From the NCBI RefSeq assembly GCF_006345805.1, contig NC_043019.1, positions 17,235,360-17,299,359 on the forward strand: a stretch of DNA of 64,000 nt, read 5' to 3'. Made by a program: the position numbers and the translations under genes. Of the stretch, positions 23,701-33,311 are shown in pieces; position 1 is the first letter of the stretch, and every line of letters starts with the position of its first letter. The notes under the pieces are model-generated. The model had not been told where the DNA came from. It made no database searches and saw nothing but the letters and a program-made list of their open reading frames with translations. Origin of the DNA: Octopus sinensis (taxonomy: Eukaryota).

Positions 23701-24797
23701 ACAAGTGAAATTAATTTGTAGACATAGTCCCAAGTCATTCAACTGACAACCTACTACGAACAAACAGGATCCAATGACCTGCTGGAAAGAGTAAATAAAT
23801 CTCCCTCAAATTACATCCAACCATCTTAAACGAAAGACAAGTAGGTAATGCTATCTATTGTCTGGAAAATAGATGGAATGGTCATGGCAGGAATACTTTT
23901 GATTATAGGTCTCTTGGGTGGGAGCCCCTTCATCGTCGTAAACAATAGATAAATCTTCCCACAGGAAAAACATTGAATTATGTAGTCTTAAATATGCAAT
24001 ACCCTGGAGAAGGACTGGGTAATCTTTTAATTATAAAAACCTGTTCAGTCAGGGCTAAGCTGCGGCTGAAGAACGACAAACTATCCATTATTATTATATT
24101 CGTGTCTGCTCGACCAGGACATCGCAACATCAATAACAAAGTCAATTTAATTATCGGTAGAAGCTGGGACAATACAAATTTACACCATGCTTGTTTAGTT
24201 AAGAAGAAAAAAAGAAAGCTGCGATAAGTATCTGTAAAATCCTTATAATTCAATGTGAGGTATACTAGCCATCTGAATATGGCTAAGCACTATGGGTGGG
24301 TGTTACTAGCCATATTCAGATGGCAAGTATACCTCACATTGTCTTGCAGTTACTGTTTACATCTCGTTCACAGATTTATTATTGCCATTATAATTCAATA
24401 TTTCACGAAAGTGCCGAGTGTAATGTCTATATTTCGTAAATAGAGACGGTAGTTATTGAGTGATGATTAACAGAAAGGATTAATTGGTAGTTATTATATT
24501 AGGTAGACACTGCATTGGTTAATTAAGGGTGTTTCTCCACAGATTCCAACATTTTAATTGGTTTCTTCGGTAAACATCGACATTAAAGAAAAAAAACCCA
24601 AACAATCGACAAATGTTCAGCGGATTTCAAAATATAAACACAGTGCTAAGCATAATGGCCAACCATTAATTAATTCGCACCTGCACACATACATACGTAT
24701 ATATATATATATATGCATGTCTATTTACCTGGATATCACAGACTAATTTAATTAAATTCCTGCACAGGTGTTCGTAATTCACTTTCCTTCGCGCCAT
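534..24797 (-). CDS. TUBGCP5: Gamma-tubulin complex component 5, 5' part (12 coding exons; gene continues past the left edge)
   Basis: Exons 24729-24797, 21382-21491, 19414-19525, 17074-17170, 14578-14657, 12189-12469, 11164-11244, 10316-10409, 7158-7377, 6424-6620, 3025-3140, 534-808. All have GT-AG boundaries and consistent phases, giving one open frame. Motifs match GCP5 as recalled: SNFKYHRFLSVDSHKV, DTHYSILSLL, FDWAAYL, VTESQIIREIIW, RPYINIIDEWITNG, IIRAGKSM. Confidence 0.93.
1380..1756. repeat. Imperfect ~185-bp-arm palindrome (foldback)
   Basis: Mirror ORFs 1393+ and 1743- give near-identical peptides; arms are reverse complements. Confidence 0.85.
2283..2332 (+). ncRNA. Degenerate hammerhead motif; inverted relative near 1300-1340
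   Basis: ggtct CTGATAT...gatat-ctttt-atatcccc GAAA cagct GTA agact; palindromic ACAGCTGT, core mutated. Confidence 0.4.
2565..2966 (+). mobile_element. Young tRNA-derived CORE-type SINE, family A
   Basis: Pol III A/B-box head, ggcaccttgggcaagtgtctt CORE-like motif, internal (TA)(TG)n, gtaaaaga tail. Confidence 0.9.
3025..3140 (-). CDS. TUBGCP5: TUBGCP5 exon 11 (LSVAFPLWINAIRPYINIIDEWITNGQLQDFHKEFIIQR)
   Basis: tatag acceptor, gtaagg donor; characteristic GCP PY...IDEW..G.L.D...EF motif. Confidence 0.92.
4729..4770 (+). ncRNA. Minimal type-I hammerhead ribozyme motif (intact core)
   Basis: cctgga CTGATGA tggg-caaga-ccca GAAA cat GTC tccagg: 6-bp stem I, 4-bp stem II, palindromic stem III ACATGT, GUC cleavage triplet. 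Confidence 0.8.
5295..5803 (+). mobile_element. tRNA-derived SINE family B (relatives at 32773-33020 minus, 63241-63576 plus, 27135-27505 minus, 1-310 plus)
   Basis: gtggaggcgcaatggccc.gtggttagggcagcggactc...ttcgattccc head; shared body segments. Confidence 0.8.
6424..6620 (-). CDS. TUBGCP5: TUBGCP5 exon 10 (TAITILILQKHLEPW...LLSCLYDKV...)
   Basis: aaacag acceptor, gtaagt donor, phase 1 to 0. Confidence 0.88.
7158..7377 (-). CDS. TUBGCP5: TUBGCP5 exon 9 (IALENNVDIFLKAG...TYEAFAFSI...)
   Basis: ttgcag acceptor, gtaaga donor; TY.AF motif. Confidence 0.88.
8202..8756. mobile_element. Probable solo LTR inserted in the mariner ORF
   Basis: Starts TGTAG and ends gttata (decayed ..TACA); 4-bp TSD agtt; internal AATAAA; interrupts HILFYEF|NKGN. 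Confidence 0.55.
9441..9878 (+). mobile_element. Chapaev3-like DNA transposon 3' fragment
   Basis: HERFHQDISEMETRYLG*FNQHMMGDYCW and terminal CAGTG; family assigned from memory. Confidence 0.6.
10316..10409 (-). CDS. TUBGCP5: TUBGCP5 exon 8 (MLLGTSDTFIFQY...IRLTHLSQ)
   Basis: ttgtag acceptor, gtaagt donor. Confidence 0.9.
11164..11244 (-). CDS. TUBGCP5: TUBGCP5 exon 7 (...QTVTESQIIREIIW)
   Basis: tttcag acceptor, gtgtgt donor; GRIP1 start motif VTE.QIIRE. Confidence 0.9.
11529..11931 (+). mobile_element. SINE family A
   Basis: Near-identical to 2565-2966. Confidence 0.9.
12189..12469 (-). CDS. TUBGCP5: TUBGCP5 exon 6 (acidic stretch...WLSKNIITSYWNG...)
   Basis: attag acceptor, gtaagg donor, phase 0 to 2. 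Confidence 0.85.
12713..12941. mobile_element. piggyBac-type MITE
   Basis: TTAA TSD, TIR ccctttcattac. Confidence 0.8.
14041..14380 (+). repeat. Decayed 30-bp tandem array of a SINE 5' head, followed by an old SINE body
   Basis: Repeats like acacaggtgtggctgtg..gtt.agactgg resemble the SINE start ggcgcaggagtggctgtgtggtaag. Confidence 0.55.
14578..14657 (-). CDS. TUBGCP5: TUBGCP5 exon 5 (EEDKDFDWAAYLREGEDVYYGSYSSSS)
   Basis: tttcag acceptor, gtaagt donor; FDW..YL motif. Confidence 0.9.
15816..15860 (-). ncRNA. Minimal type-I hammerhead motif (sense in TUBGCP5 intron 4)
   Basis: cgtacg CTGATGA c-aggt-caaa-acct-a GAAA ctgca GTT cgtgcg; palindromic stem III ACTGCAGT. Confidence 0.7.
15976..16020 (+). 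ncRNA. Minimal type-I hammerhead motif
   Basis: cgtatg CTGATGA c-aggt-caaa-acct-a GAAA ctgca GTC catgcg; inverted partner of 15816-15860. Confidence 0.72.
16405..16790 (+). mobile_element. SINE family A
   Basis: Near-identical to 2565-2966. Confidence 0.9.
16961..16994 (+). ncRNA. Degenerate hammerhead motif
   Basis: tgt CTGACGA a ttagg-tt-cctaa GAAG c GTC aca (A15.1>G; short stem I). Confidence 0.35.
17074..17170 (-). CDS. TUBGCP5: TUBGCP5 exon 4 (SDTHYSILSLLIELANSP...)
   Basis: aacag acceptor, gtaagt donor; HYSILSLL motif. Confidence 0.9.
17840..19030 (+). repeat. 42-bp minisatellite, about 27-28 copies
   Basis: Unit gagttcctttcaagtgttgggccttatggaggaaaagcggtc; continues into an RTE 3' end at 19030-19320. 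Confidence 0.95.
19414..19525 (-). CDS. TUBGCP5: TUBGCP5 exon 3 (LCEKFAVHSQEDKAKALRELTTKFL...)
   Basis: ctcag acceptor, gtaagt donor, phase 2 to 0. Confidence 0.88.
19805..20034 (-). mobile_element. SINE family C with Meta/MESC-like central domain (others at 6850-7056, 17550-17764, 46248-46430, 55557-55700)
   Basis: gtcgactttgcctttcatcctttcggggt.gataaa..aagtaccag motif; atgcttttctgtaatat duplicated in both flanks. Confidence 0.8.
20535..21055 (+). mobile_element. RTE LINE 3' end (related 3' fragments at ~1870-2075, 12945-13200, 13350-13735, 19030-19320, 36607-36825, 40072-40268, 44868-45150, 53185-53343, 60440-60750)
   Basis: ggcgttaggaagggcatccagctgtagaaac motif and (GAT)n tail shared with 40783-41640. 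Confidence 0.85.
21382..21491 (-). CDS. TUBGCP5: TUBGCP5 exon 2 (DETSDDFKECYSYSISNFKYHRFLSVDSHKVNQKIDG)
   Basis: ttgcag acceptor, gtaaat donor; conserved SNF.YHRFL.V.SHK motif. Confidence 0.9.
24251..24380. repeat. Collapsed hairpin copy of the 15653-16230 foldback family
   Basis: caatgtgaggtatactagccatctgaatatggcta...tagccatattcagatggcaagtatacctcacattg plus the same 3' flank. Confidence 0.8.
24729..24797 (-). CDS. TUBGCP5: TUBGCP5 coding exon 1 (MARRKVNYEHLCRNLIKLVCDIQ)
   Basis: ATG in aagATGGcg context; CAG|gtaaat donor, phase 0. Confidence 0.85.
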
Positions 24798-24840
24798 CTT
24801 ACTTCTAATCTCGAACCTTTCTCTTCTCTTCCCGCGAGAA
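24790..24840 (-). promoter_or_regulatory. Candidate TUBGCP5 proximal elements (YY1-like AAGATGGCG over the ATG; E2F-like TTCCCGCG)
   Basis: Motif matches in a small CpG-containing patch; motif-level evidence only. Confidence 0.3.
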
Positions 24841-24920
24841 CTGAAACCATTCCTTCAACCACCCACCCACCCCACCTCTTTATACCAGAATGGGATTGTG
24901 GTGCACCTGAGCACTCTCTC

Positions 24921-25320
24921 TCTCTCTTTTACTTGTTTCAGTCATTTGACTGCGGCCATGCTGGAGCACCGCCTTTAATCGAGCAACTCGACCCCGGGAC
25001 GTATTCTTTTGTAAGCCCAGTACTTATTCTATCGGTCGCTTTTGCCGAACCGCTAAGTGACGGGGACGTAAACACACCAGCATCGGTTGTCAAGCAATGC
25101 TAGGGGGACAAACACAGACACACAAACATACACGCACACACATATATATATACATATATACGACGGGCTTCTTTCAGTTTCCGTCTACCAAATCCACTCA
25201 CAAGGCATTGGTCGGCCCGGGGCTATAGTAGAAGACACTTGCCCAAGGTGCCACGCAGTAGGACTGAACCCGGAACCATGTGGTTGGTTAGCAAGCAACT
25301 TACCACACAGCCACTCCTGC
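24921..25320 (-). mobile_element. SINE family A
   Basis: Reverse copy about 125 bp upstream of the TUBGCP5 ATG. Confidence 0.9.
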
Positions 25321-25509
25321 AATAATTTCACTATTATTATTATATTTTGTAGAAAAACAACACTGACTCAAATTAATGAATAGTGTGTGTGTGTGTGTGT
25401 GCGAGTATGCAAGTTTGTATTATATTGTAATAATGAAATTATTGTATAGAGTGCTCAGATGCAAAGATACAAGGCTTCATCTTTAGGATGTAGTTAACAC
25501 AGACAAATT

Positions 25510-25990
25510 CACATTTGGAACTTGAGAAAAGTCTTTACCGTTCCACTCACAGATTGCATTTGTAATGTACGAATCAGCCGGTCGATTTCTCTTTCTGAAA
25601 ATCCCAGTTTGTCCAGATTCTCCTTTAAGTATTTACTAACAAAACTTTGTGCTCCAATTATTATTGATATGAATATGAATTCATAGTCTGGATACAGAAG
25701 CTGAAGGTTTCAAAGCAGTTGTCCATAAATATCTTCTTTTTCTTTGATTTTCAAAGAGATATTTATATCTGCAGGGCAGCAGACCTCTATGATGGTACAT
25801 ACCTTTTACCCCATGTCCCAAACAACAATATCCGACCTGTTATGTTTACATTTGACGGAAGTTTTGATGGGAATATTCCACCAGTATTCCTTGAGTTGGT
25901 GTTTATGAATGTATTCCAATAACAGGGATTTTCTAAGTTTATTTCAGGACAGTCTTTTTTTGTGGATGGCATTGTAAATTGTTTTAGCAA
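25510..25990 (-). mobile_element. Decayed R4/Dong-clade non-LTR retrotransposon, restriction-like endonuclease domain
   Basis: YWWNIPIKTSVKCKHNRSDIVVWDMG*KVCTIIEVCCPADINISLKIKEKEDIYGQLL*...IIIGA with internal stops. Confidence 0.8.
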
Positions 25991-25994
25991 TGTA

Positions 25995-26402
25995 TACTCT
26001 TTACTCTTTTACTTGTTTCAGTCATTTGACTGCGGCCATGCTGGAGCACCGCCTTTAGTCGAGCAAATCGACCCCGGGACTTATTCTTTGTAAGCCCAGT
26101 ACTTATTCTATCAGTCTCTTTTGCCAAACCGCTAAGTGACGGGGACATAAACACACCAGCATCGGTTGTCAAGCAATGCTAGGGGGACAAACACAGACAC
26201 ACAAACACACACACATATATATATATATATACATATATACGACAGGCTTCTTTCAGTTTCCGTCTACCAAATCCACTCACAAGGCATTGGTCAGTCCGGG
26301 GCTATAGCAGAAGACACTTGCCCAAGGTGCCACGCAGTGGGACTGAACCCAGAACCATGTGGTTGGTTAGCAAGCTACTTACCACACAGCCACTCCTGCG
26401 CC
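25995..26402 (-). mobile_element. SINE family A
   Basis: Reverse copy. Confidence 0.9.
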
Positions 26403-26419
26403 TATGTATGTATGTATGG

Positions 26420-26740
26420 TCAGGTCGTCGGGGACTAAACCGGCAACCCCACCAAACTTGCTTGGTGAGGAGAGTGTTTATTGGACACCCTGTGGGATGA
26501 AAAACAAAACCCGTCAAAGGGCGGAAGAACTCTTGAGAGTCAACGGCCATCCAATAAATGTCTTAAGGCTGTATCATGCACGGGGACATAGAAATAATCG
26601 GGCTGAATGCCCAATTGCGCAGTTAAACCTTTGGGAGTGAAGGACTCCTTGCCTTTGTTAGGGCATCCTTCTAGGAGAAGGTAACTCAGGTAACTGGGAT
26701 AACTCCGACATAAAACCTGCGGCTCAGAGGTTACCGATGA
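26420..26740 (+). mobile_element. Probable RTE-type 5' UTR fragment
   Basis: GC-richer tract with ctaggagaaggtaactc motif, recalled from RTE 5' UTRs. Confidence 0.4.
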
Positions 26741-27860
26741 TGTTGACTTGTTCTTCTTTTCGGATTATGGCTGCTGTTGCTTAGTGAGTGGGATTGACTC
26801 AGTGCACAGCCTTCCCTCACTTTAATAAAAACTTCTTGCACAGGCATTGCACGATAACAACATTGTTCCTGATTGTTGATGGTGCTGTGAGTATCAACTG
26901 AATAGCTGGCTGTAGCCTTAAAAAGCAAATAAAAGTCACATTTGATCACAGCACCAATAACAGTTAAGCTTTGTGCAATGGCCATACTCGATAACGAGGG
27001 AGCAGCCACCATGTATGTATGCATGTTACATATTACATGCATGCATACATATTATGGAGCCTAGCATTCTTTCCATGCTTCTAAAAATCTCATGAATGAC
27101 CATTTCATGGTTTGTTGAGTTCTCTCTCTCTCTTCAGGGATGACATACCCGGTTTCCTCCCCTCTTTGATGGCATAGAATATAAAGGATAAAGATGTCCC
27201 ATTGGTCATGAATGACCATGGGATTGCACTTAGAAAGTTCCCCTCAGAGGCCAAGTCTGGGCAAGGTTGTTTGTGGAGGACCAGCAGTCACCCATGTATA
27301 CCAGGCTTCCCTCTCCATGCCACCAAAGTAAAGGTTTATACAGCTTGACACCAGTGACATCGCAACTCATTCCTACAGCTGAGTGAACTGGAGCAATATG
27401 AAATAAAGTGTCTTGCTCAAGAACACAGCCCAGTCTGGTCCTGAACTCAAACTCACAAGCTCATGATTGTAAGCCTGACACTCAATCCATTGAGCCATGC
27501 ACCTTTACGACCCTTGTATAAAGCAGTCATAAATTAAGCTAACACCATAGGAGATAGCTTAACTTGTATTTGTACTGTAGTTTATTCAAAATCTGTGACT
27601 GCTTTATGTATGTATATATATATATATACATATATTGAGAAAAAGGAGGCAGTCAGAATTTTGGATAATTCTTTATTAGCACTTTTGTTCGTTTATCAAA
27701 CTCGTCAGGACAAAATTAAAACCAAAATGATAAAAACAGAACACTTCTTTGTTCTTTTATGTGAATCAGATGTTTTTTTGCTTTATTAAGAAGAGGAGAA
27801 AAAATATTCTTGTTTTTTGGGGGAAAGTGGGGAAGAGAGAAAGAAAAGCAAAGAGGGGGG

Positions 27861-27896
<36 letters not shown>

Positions 27897-28859
27897 TTCT
27901 TTTCAATTATATTGTTTGTTTTGGAGTAAGTGTTAGAATAAAAAAATATAAAAAAAGATATTTTGGGGAACAGGACAATCAAGAAAGGGGAAGAAAAATA
28001 AAGGGTGGGGAAAGTATAGATAAATAGAAAGATAGAGAAAGAGAGGGAGTGAGAGAGAGAGGTTTCTTTTCAATTTGATGTGGTCAACCCATTGAAATTT
28101 CATTACAAAGCACTTTTTCTTTTATTTTATTTTCTTTCTCTTTTCCTTTCTTATTGTATACCTCTCAACATATTTGTAAATAAACACATTTTCTCACAAG
28201 GGCTAGATGACCTTTCAAGATGTCAATTTTAGGAAGCAGGACAGGAAAGATAAGAAAAGAGAGGAAGAAGAAAACAAATTGTTTTGACTCTTAAGTGGGT
28301 GTGGTCATTACTGTAAAATTTGAAAAATATAGAGAGTTCAAAGTCCTATGCAAATGTATAATACTTTACACTTGTATAGTCAAATCTCATAGTCTGCATA
28401 ATTCCATGTTTTTGCATGAACAAACATTAAATATTAGTACAACATTCATAAATTAGGAAAATAAAGTCAGAATATAGAGAATAATTGGATCTTTTCGGTT
28501 TGAATGGCAGTTTTTAACATAATTTCTAGGTAACTAAAAAAATTTAAACTTCGTATACTGGTAGAATGTGTTAATAAAACATCTTTTTCTCTAGGCTTTA
28601 TTGAGAAAATTCTATGGTTTGTAAGACATTTGTTGTTTTTTTTCTTCAATTTCTGCAATTTCAACCAATCACTGACGTCTATTGAGGTAAAAACCATCCA
28701 GTCTCTTTTGCCAAATCACAAAGTTACGGGAACATAAGCACTTCAATATCAGATGTCAAACGATGGTGGGGAAATGAACAAAGACACAAATATATATGTA
28801 TGTGTATATATATATATATTTACTAGACATAAGTTTCATAAACTACAAAATATAAATAT

Positions 28860-29118
28860 CCACACTCTGACACTTGCTTAATTTTTCGGTCAATTAATCA
28901 GATTGTTTTAATTAATCGGCCGATCAATCAATTAGCGGATGAATTATGTTGCCATGAAACAAGGGAAGTGACTCCAACACGAGAGAGTGCCAGAGTTCCG
29001 GTTCCTGTTCAACCCAGAACCAAACTTCTTCAGACGGGGGAACGCCTTTGCTTTGGATGGTCACTCGTTCCTGCTGCCTCTCTCTGCTCGCAACCTCTGC
29101 CATTCACCGTAAATAAAC
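28860..29118 (+). promoter_or_regulatory. SPTSS promoter/5'UTR
   Basis: CpG-enriched; X-box-like GTTGCCATGAAAC (28948-28960); ETS-like GGAAGT and TTCCGG. Confidence 0.4.
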
Positions 29119-29379
29119 ATGATTAAATCGATATGGAATTGGATTTCCTACTGGTACCTCCGTTTCATCCTCAGTATCGGCATCTACATGATGGAGCCGA
29201 TGGAACGGTGGATCGTTAATTCCATCCTGGTCGCCGTCTTTGCCATGTCCGTCTACACGAGTTACGTGTTTCTTCCTGGTCATTTCACGATGCTGGTGCG
29301 CTTCATCGAGTCCTTCTCTGGCCACCCCGACACACCCACAGACGTCAACCAAGCGACCACTGCCACCATCTCCAGTTGA
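29119..29379 (+). CDS. SPTSSA: Serine palmitoyltransferase small subunit (ssSPT), intronless, 86 aa
   Basis: ISYWYLRF..SIGIYMMEPMER.IVNS.LV.VFAMSVYTSYVFLPGH aligns with the ssSPT family pattern SWFYYQY....LYMLEPWER..FNS......ALYTGYVF.P.H; GC/CpG-rich coding composition. A vs B assignment is tentative. Confidence 0.92.
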   Translation: MIKSIWNWISYWYLRFILSIGIYMMEPMERWIVNSILVAVFAMSVYTSYVFLPGHFTMLVRFIESFSGHPDTPTDVNQATTATISS

Positions 29380-30088
29380 TCTTTTACATTCAGCTTCACT
29401 AATTAATTTCTGAATATTGCTCTTACATCATGGATCTATCATCAATAAGAAAAAACCTTTGTTGACGACCACCTTCGCCGTGTTTTTCCTTTTTTGCATG
29501 ACTGCTTTGATTTAAGGGCTGCGATGAAAAGTCAGGAGTTTGGGTCATCATTGGCAACAACAAGACGAGCAACAACACGATGAAAATCTCATCTTTTGTG
29601 TAATTCTTTCCACTCAATTTTGACAATATACTTTATTTTTTAATATAATACACATAATTGATAAAAATAATGTATTTAAATTATTATTCTGGAGGGAAAT
29701 TATATTTTATTATAAAAAAATTTAATAATAACGAATAAATAATAACAATGGGAGCAAATTATTTCTCTTGTCTTCATGAATATTCGGTAATTTTTTACTT
29801 TTCCATTTAAACTTTCGGAATAACCTCTTGGAGAATGGAAAGAGCAACGAATTGGGTTGTTGTTTCCTTCTCTTAAAGAATTTTTTATTCTAAAAATTTG
29901 ATTTTTTTCACGTCTTGCTCCTCCCTTCCTCAACCTCAATTCTTTACCCTTTTCCTGTAAATTTTACTCTAACACCCGTCTCACGTGATGGATATCATTT
30001 CCTTCGTCTCCTTAGACGGCTGTGAAAATACCGAATATTTTATTTCAAAGCTTAATTTTTCAGTATTTATAAATAGCTATTGAAGTCT

Positions 30089-30348
30089 AGGCAGTCTTAG
30101 ACTATAGCGTACCGATTTCATTTTCTCACGATTCTCTATCAGTAATATTTTAGCCTTCACTTTCGTTGTAGTCGTTACAAATGACATGTAATTATCTATT
30201 TCATGGACTTGCTGTAAAATACATAAAATTACTTTAATTTACTGTAAAATTTACATACGAGTGTAATTGTAGTCGAGTATTGGCCAGAAATTATCGTGAA
30301 GAGAAAATTAAAGCTTGCAAAACGGTACGCTATAGTCCATAATCACCT
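30089..30348. mobile_element. MITE
   Basis: TIR core gactatagcgtaccg / cggtacgctatagtc. Confidence 0.6.
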
Positions 30349-31697
30349 TTTATTCAATATTTGATGTTTTTGTATGTTGCATTCAAACCATTCTGAAGTT
30401 AGTTTCTATTTATTAATTAGCTGCATTTAAATGAAGATTATAAACGAAGGTAAAAACCTCATTATAATAGTTAATGATTTTTACAATTAAGAGAGGTTAA
30501 TGATCGGGGCAAGTTTAAATTATTGCTGAATTTCGAATACCTATTTTCACTCAGTGTATTAACATCTAGTCTTCTCCATTTATAAAAAATATGATTGAAT
30601 TTGTCAAACTTTGATTTTCACTCAGTGTAGTTCAAAACTGCTCGACCATTTGTGATGAGAGTCGGCAGGTACTCCTTTCGATACATGTTCACCATATTCA
30701 ATTATAATAAAAGGTGGAAATTAATTGACCCTAATCCAGATTAGCACTTTAGTTTCATTCCCACTAAGCAACATTTTTGATGCAAAATACTGAGGCATTT
30801 AACTGCTAAACCCATCCACCTTATTATAAGACTGAAATAAATAAAGTTATGTCATTACGTAATTTAAAAACTTATTTCAAAGTCCATGAATAGAACAAAT
30901 GATCTTATCGAGGACAATCGTGTCGGTTTCATAGGTTTAATGAAAAGTTCTTTTCAGTTTTTAATACCAAGTTGTCTCTGCTTTTTATTCTTTGTGACAT
31001 TAAAACCATTTATTTTTCACTTCATAAAGTCTAAAATTCCCAAAAACGAGGAGCGGGTAGTAGTTGTAGTAGCTTCGAAACGAAGGAAATCTCCCTCAGT
31101 GTTGCTATTGTTCTAAGTGCGAATAAAGTGGAATTGTTTAGGTTAAAAGTGAAAGTGTAACGAGGTTAACTTTTTTTTTTTTTTTGTCCGTTTTCACTGG
31201 ATTCCTTTTCAACTACAAACAATGAACAATGACTATTTGGGACGAGGATAATATTGAAGTGAAATGAAGCATTGAAATATTTTTATCTTTTGTGATTTAA
31301 CCCTGTTTGTGTAGACACGTAATCCAAAAGTGTTGTAACCGTCCCAAGTAACACAAAATTTAGGTCGTTTACTAAAATGTCAACGAGGTTTGAAGTTGAT
31401 CAGTCGACCGTAATAAGGTGAACTAATGTGAAACATTATCGCACTTCGTCATAGTAATATCATATACTATCTGTCTGTCTGTCTAATTGTCCAAGAAGGG
31501 GTTCTTAAGTCAGTAAAAAGACAACCTTCAATATAAAGAAATAAAGTGTGCATAATTTTAATACAGTATAAAGAACAATATTCTCTAGTTAACTTTGCAT
31601 GATCGTTTTGTATAATAATGTTATATATATGTATGTATATATATATATTGGGTATATGAATTAAGTTATTGAACCAAGTTCGACAAATTCAATCATA

Positions 31698-31993
31698 TCT
31701 CTATATATAAAACTGAAGTTGTGTGTCTGTCTCCTACGATTTAGATTCCTAACTACTCCCACATTTTGCGGTGCTGTGTAACCAAAACCGGGTATCTTAT
31801 AGTCGTGAGTCATATCGAGCCCTTCTGGGTATTAGCGCGCGTCTACGATGAGTCTACGATTTAAAAAAAAATTTACCATCGTTTTTTTCCCATTTTTAAT
31901 GCATTTTTTGCTATCTTTTTGCTATAAGTCTCTAAAAATGCTTATATAGTTATTTCCCTTACAAACCCGAGCAACGCCGGGCGATACTGCTAG
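31698..31993 (+). mobile_element. Non-autonomous Helitron
   Basis: a|TC start, 3' hairpin cccgagcaacgccggg then CTAG|t. Confidence 0.75.
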
Positions 31994-33064
31994 TTTTTTT
32001 TATAAATAGATGTTAATATGGGATAAAATATTTATTCACTTCACTAGACGATCGTTTCATACAGAAATACAAATTCATTTTAAGAATCTGAGTTGTCAAA
32101 GGGTACTCATCAAAGGGTACAATAATAACAAATAAAAACTTAATAAAGTAAAAGGAGGACTTTAGAATGGGTATTATGTTCTTCGTGTTTTTGAATAAAC
32201 ATGACCCCCAGAACATTTATTTTTTTTAAAAAAATTTGTAAGAACATAATACCCATGTAATTCTAAAGCCCTCCTTTTTCTTCATTAAGTTTTTATTTTC
32301 TGTTTTTTCCTATTGACAGCGAAGTGAATACATATTTTATCACATATTAACATCTAATCTTCTCCATTTATCAAAAATGTGATTGAATTTTGTCAAACTT
32401 TGTTCTATAACTTAAATCATATACTTAGCATACGTATATAACTTTTCATATCTATGCCAATTTACACCAGTAAGTTCTAAATAAAGTATGAAGAATTATC
32501 GTTAGAAACCTGTTTTAAAAAAAATATATATATGCTAACTTACATTATATATATATATATATATCATAAGTCAAGGAACTAAAGTCCCTTAAGGGATGCG
32601 AGCATCCTAGTTCACCAGTTTATACCAGTGTTTAGAGAAAACCAAGTCTATTAGTTTATCACCAAAACTTGTAGGTATTAAAATAAACTTTAAATAAGAA
32701 AATGGAAAAACATCTGTATGAAAATTTTCTTATTTAAAGTTTATATATATATTACATATATATATATATATTCACCAGGCCATCAGATGTTGCTACACAT
32801 TGCTGGTCACAATGCGCTTTGCATTGTTTTAGCCTTCAGTGACGCCACCCCGCTGGCTAAGCGAGCAAGCCAACAGAAGAAAGTTGTGATGAAAGAGTAC
32901 AGCAGGGATCACCACCACCCCTGCTGGAGCCTTGTTGAATTTTAGGGGTTTTTGCTCTCCTGGTCTGGGAATTGAAACCGCGAGTCCGCTGCCCTAACAA
33001 CTGGGCCATTGCACCTCCACACACACACATATATATATATAATATATATCCTTGTTTTCTCTGT

Positions 33065-33106
33065 GTCCCTGTCTGAAGAAGAGCGTAGGCTCGAAACGTA
33101 AAAGAC
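33065..33106 (+). ncRNA. Degenerate minimal hammerhead motif
   Basis: CTGAAGA a gagc-gtag-gctc GAAA c GTA aaagac; core and stem II intact, stem I poorly paired. Confidence 0.5.
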
Positions 33107-33113
33107 TCTTTCT

Positions 33114-33190
33114 ATTCCTGAGCATTATACTAATACATCTGTTTGTTTTGCACACCACCTGTCTTCGTCTTTTGTTTTTTCGTAAATTCT

Positions 33191-33234
<44 letters not shown>

Positions 33235-33311
33235 AAAGCTTACAAAAAAACAAAAGACGAAGACAGGTGGCGTGCAAAACAAACAGGTGTATTAGTATAA
33301 CGCTCAGGAAT
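33114..33311. repeat. ~80-bp-arm inverted repeat with (TA)n loop next to a hammerhead motif
   Basis: attcctgagc...ttctccct (TA)n agggaaag...gctcaggaat. Confidence 0.8.
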
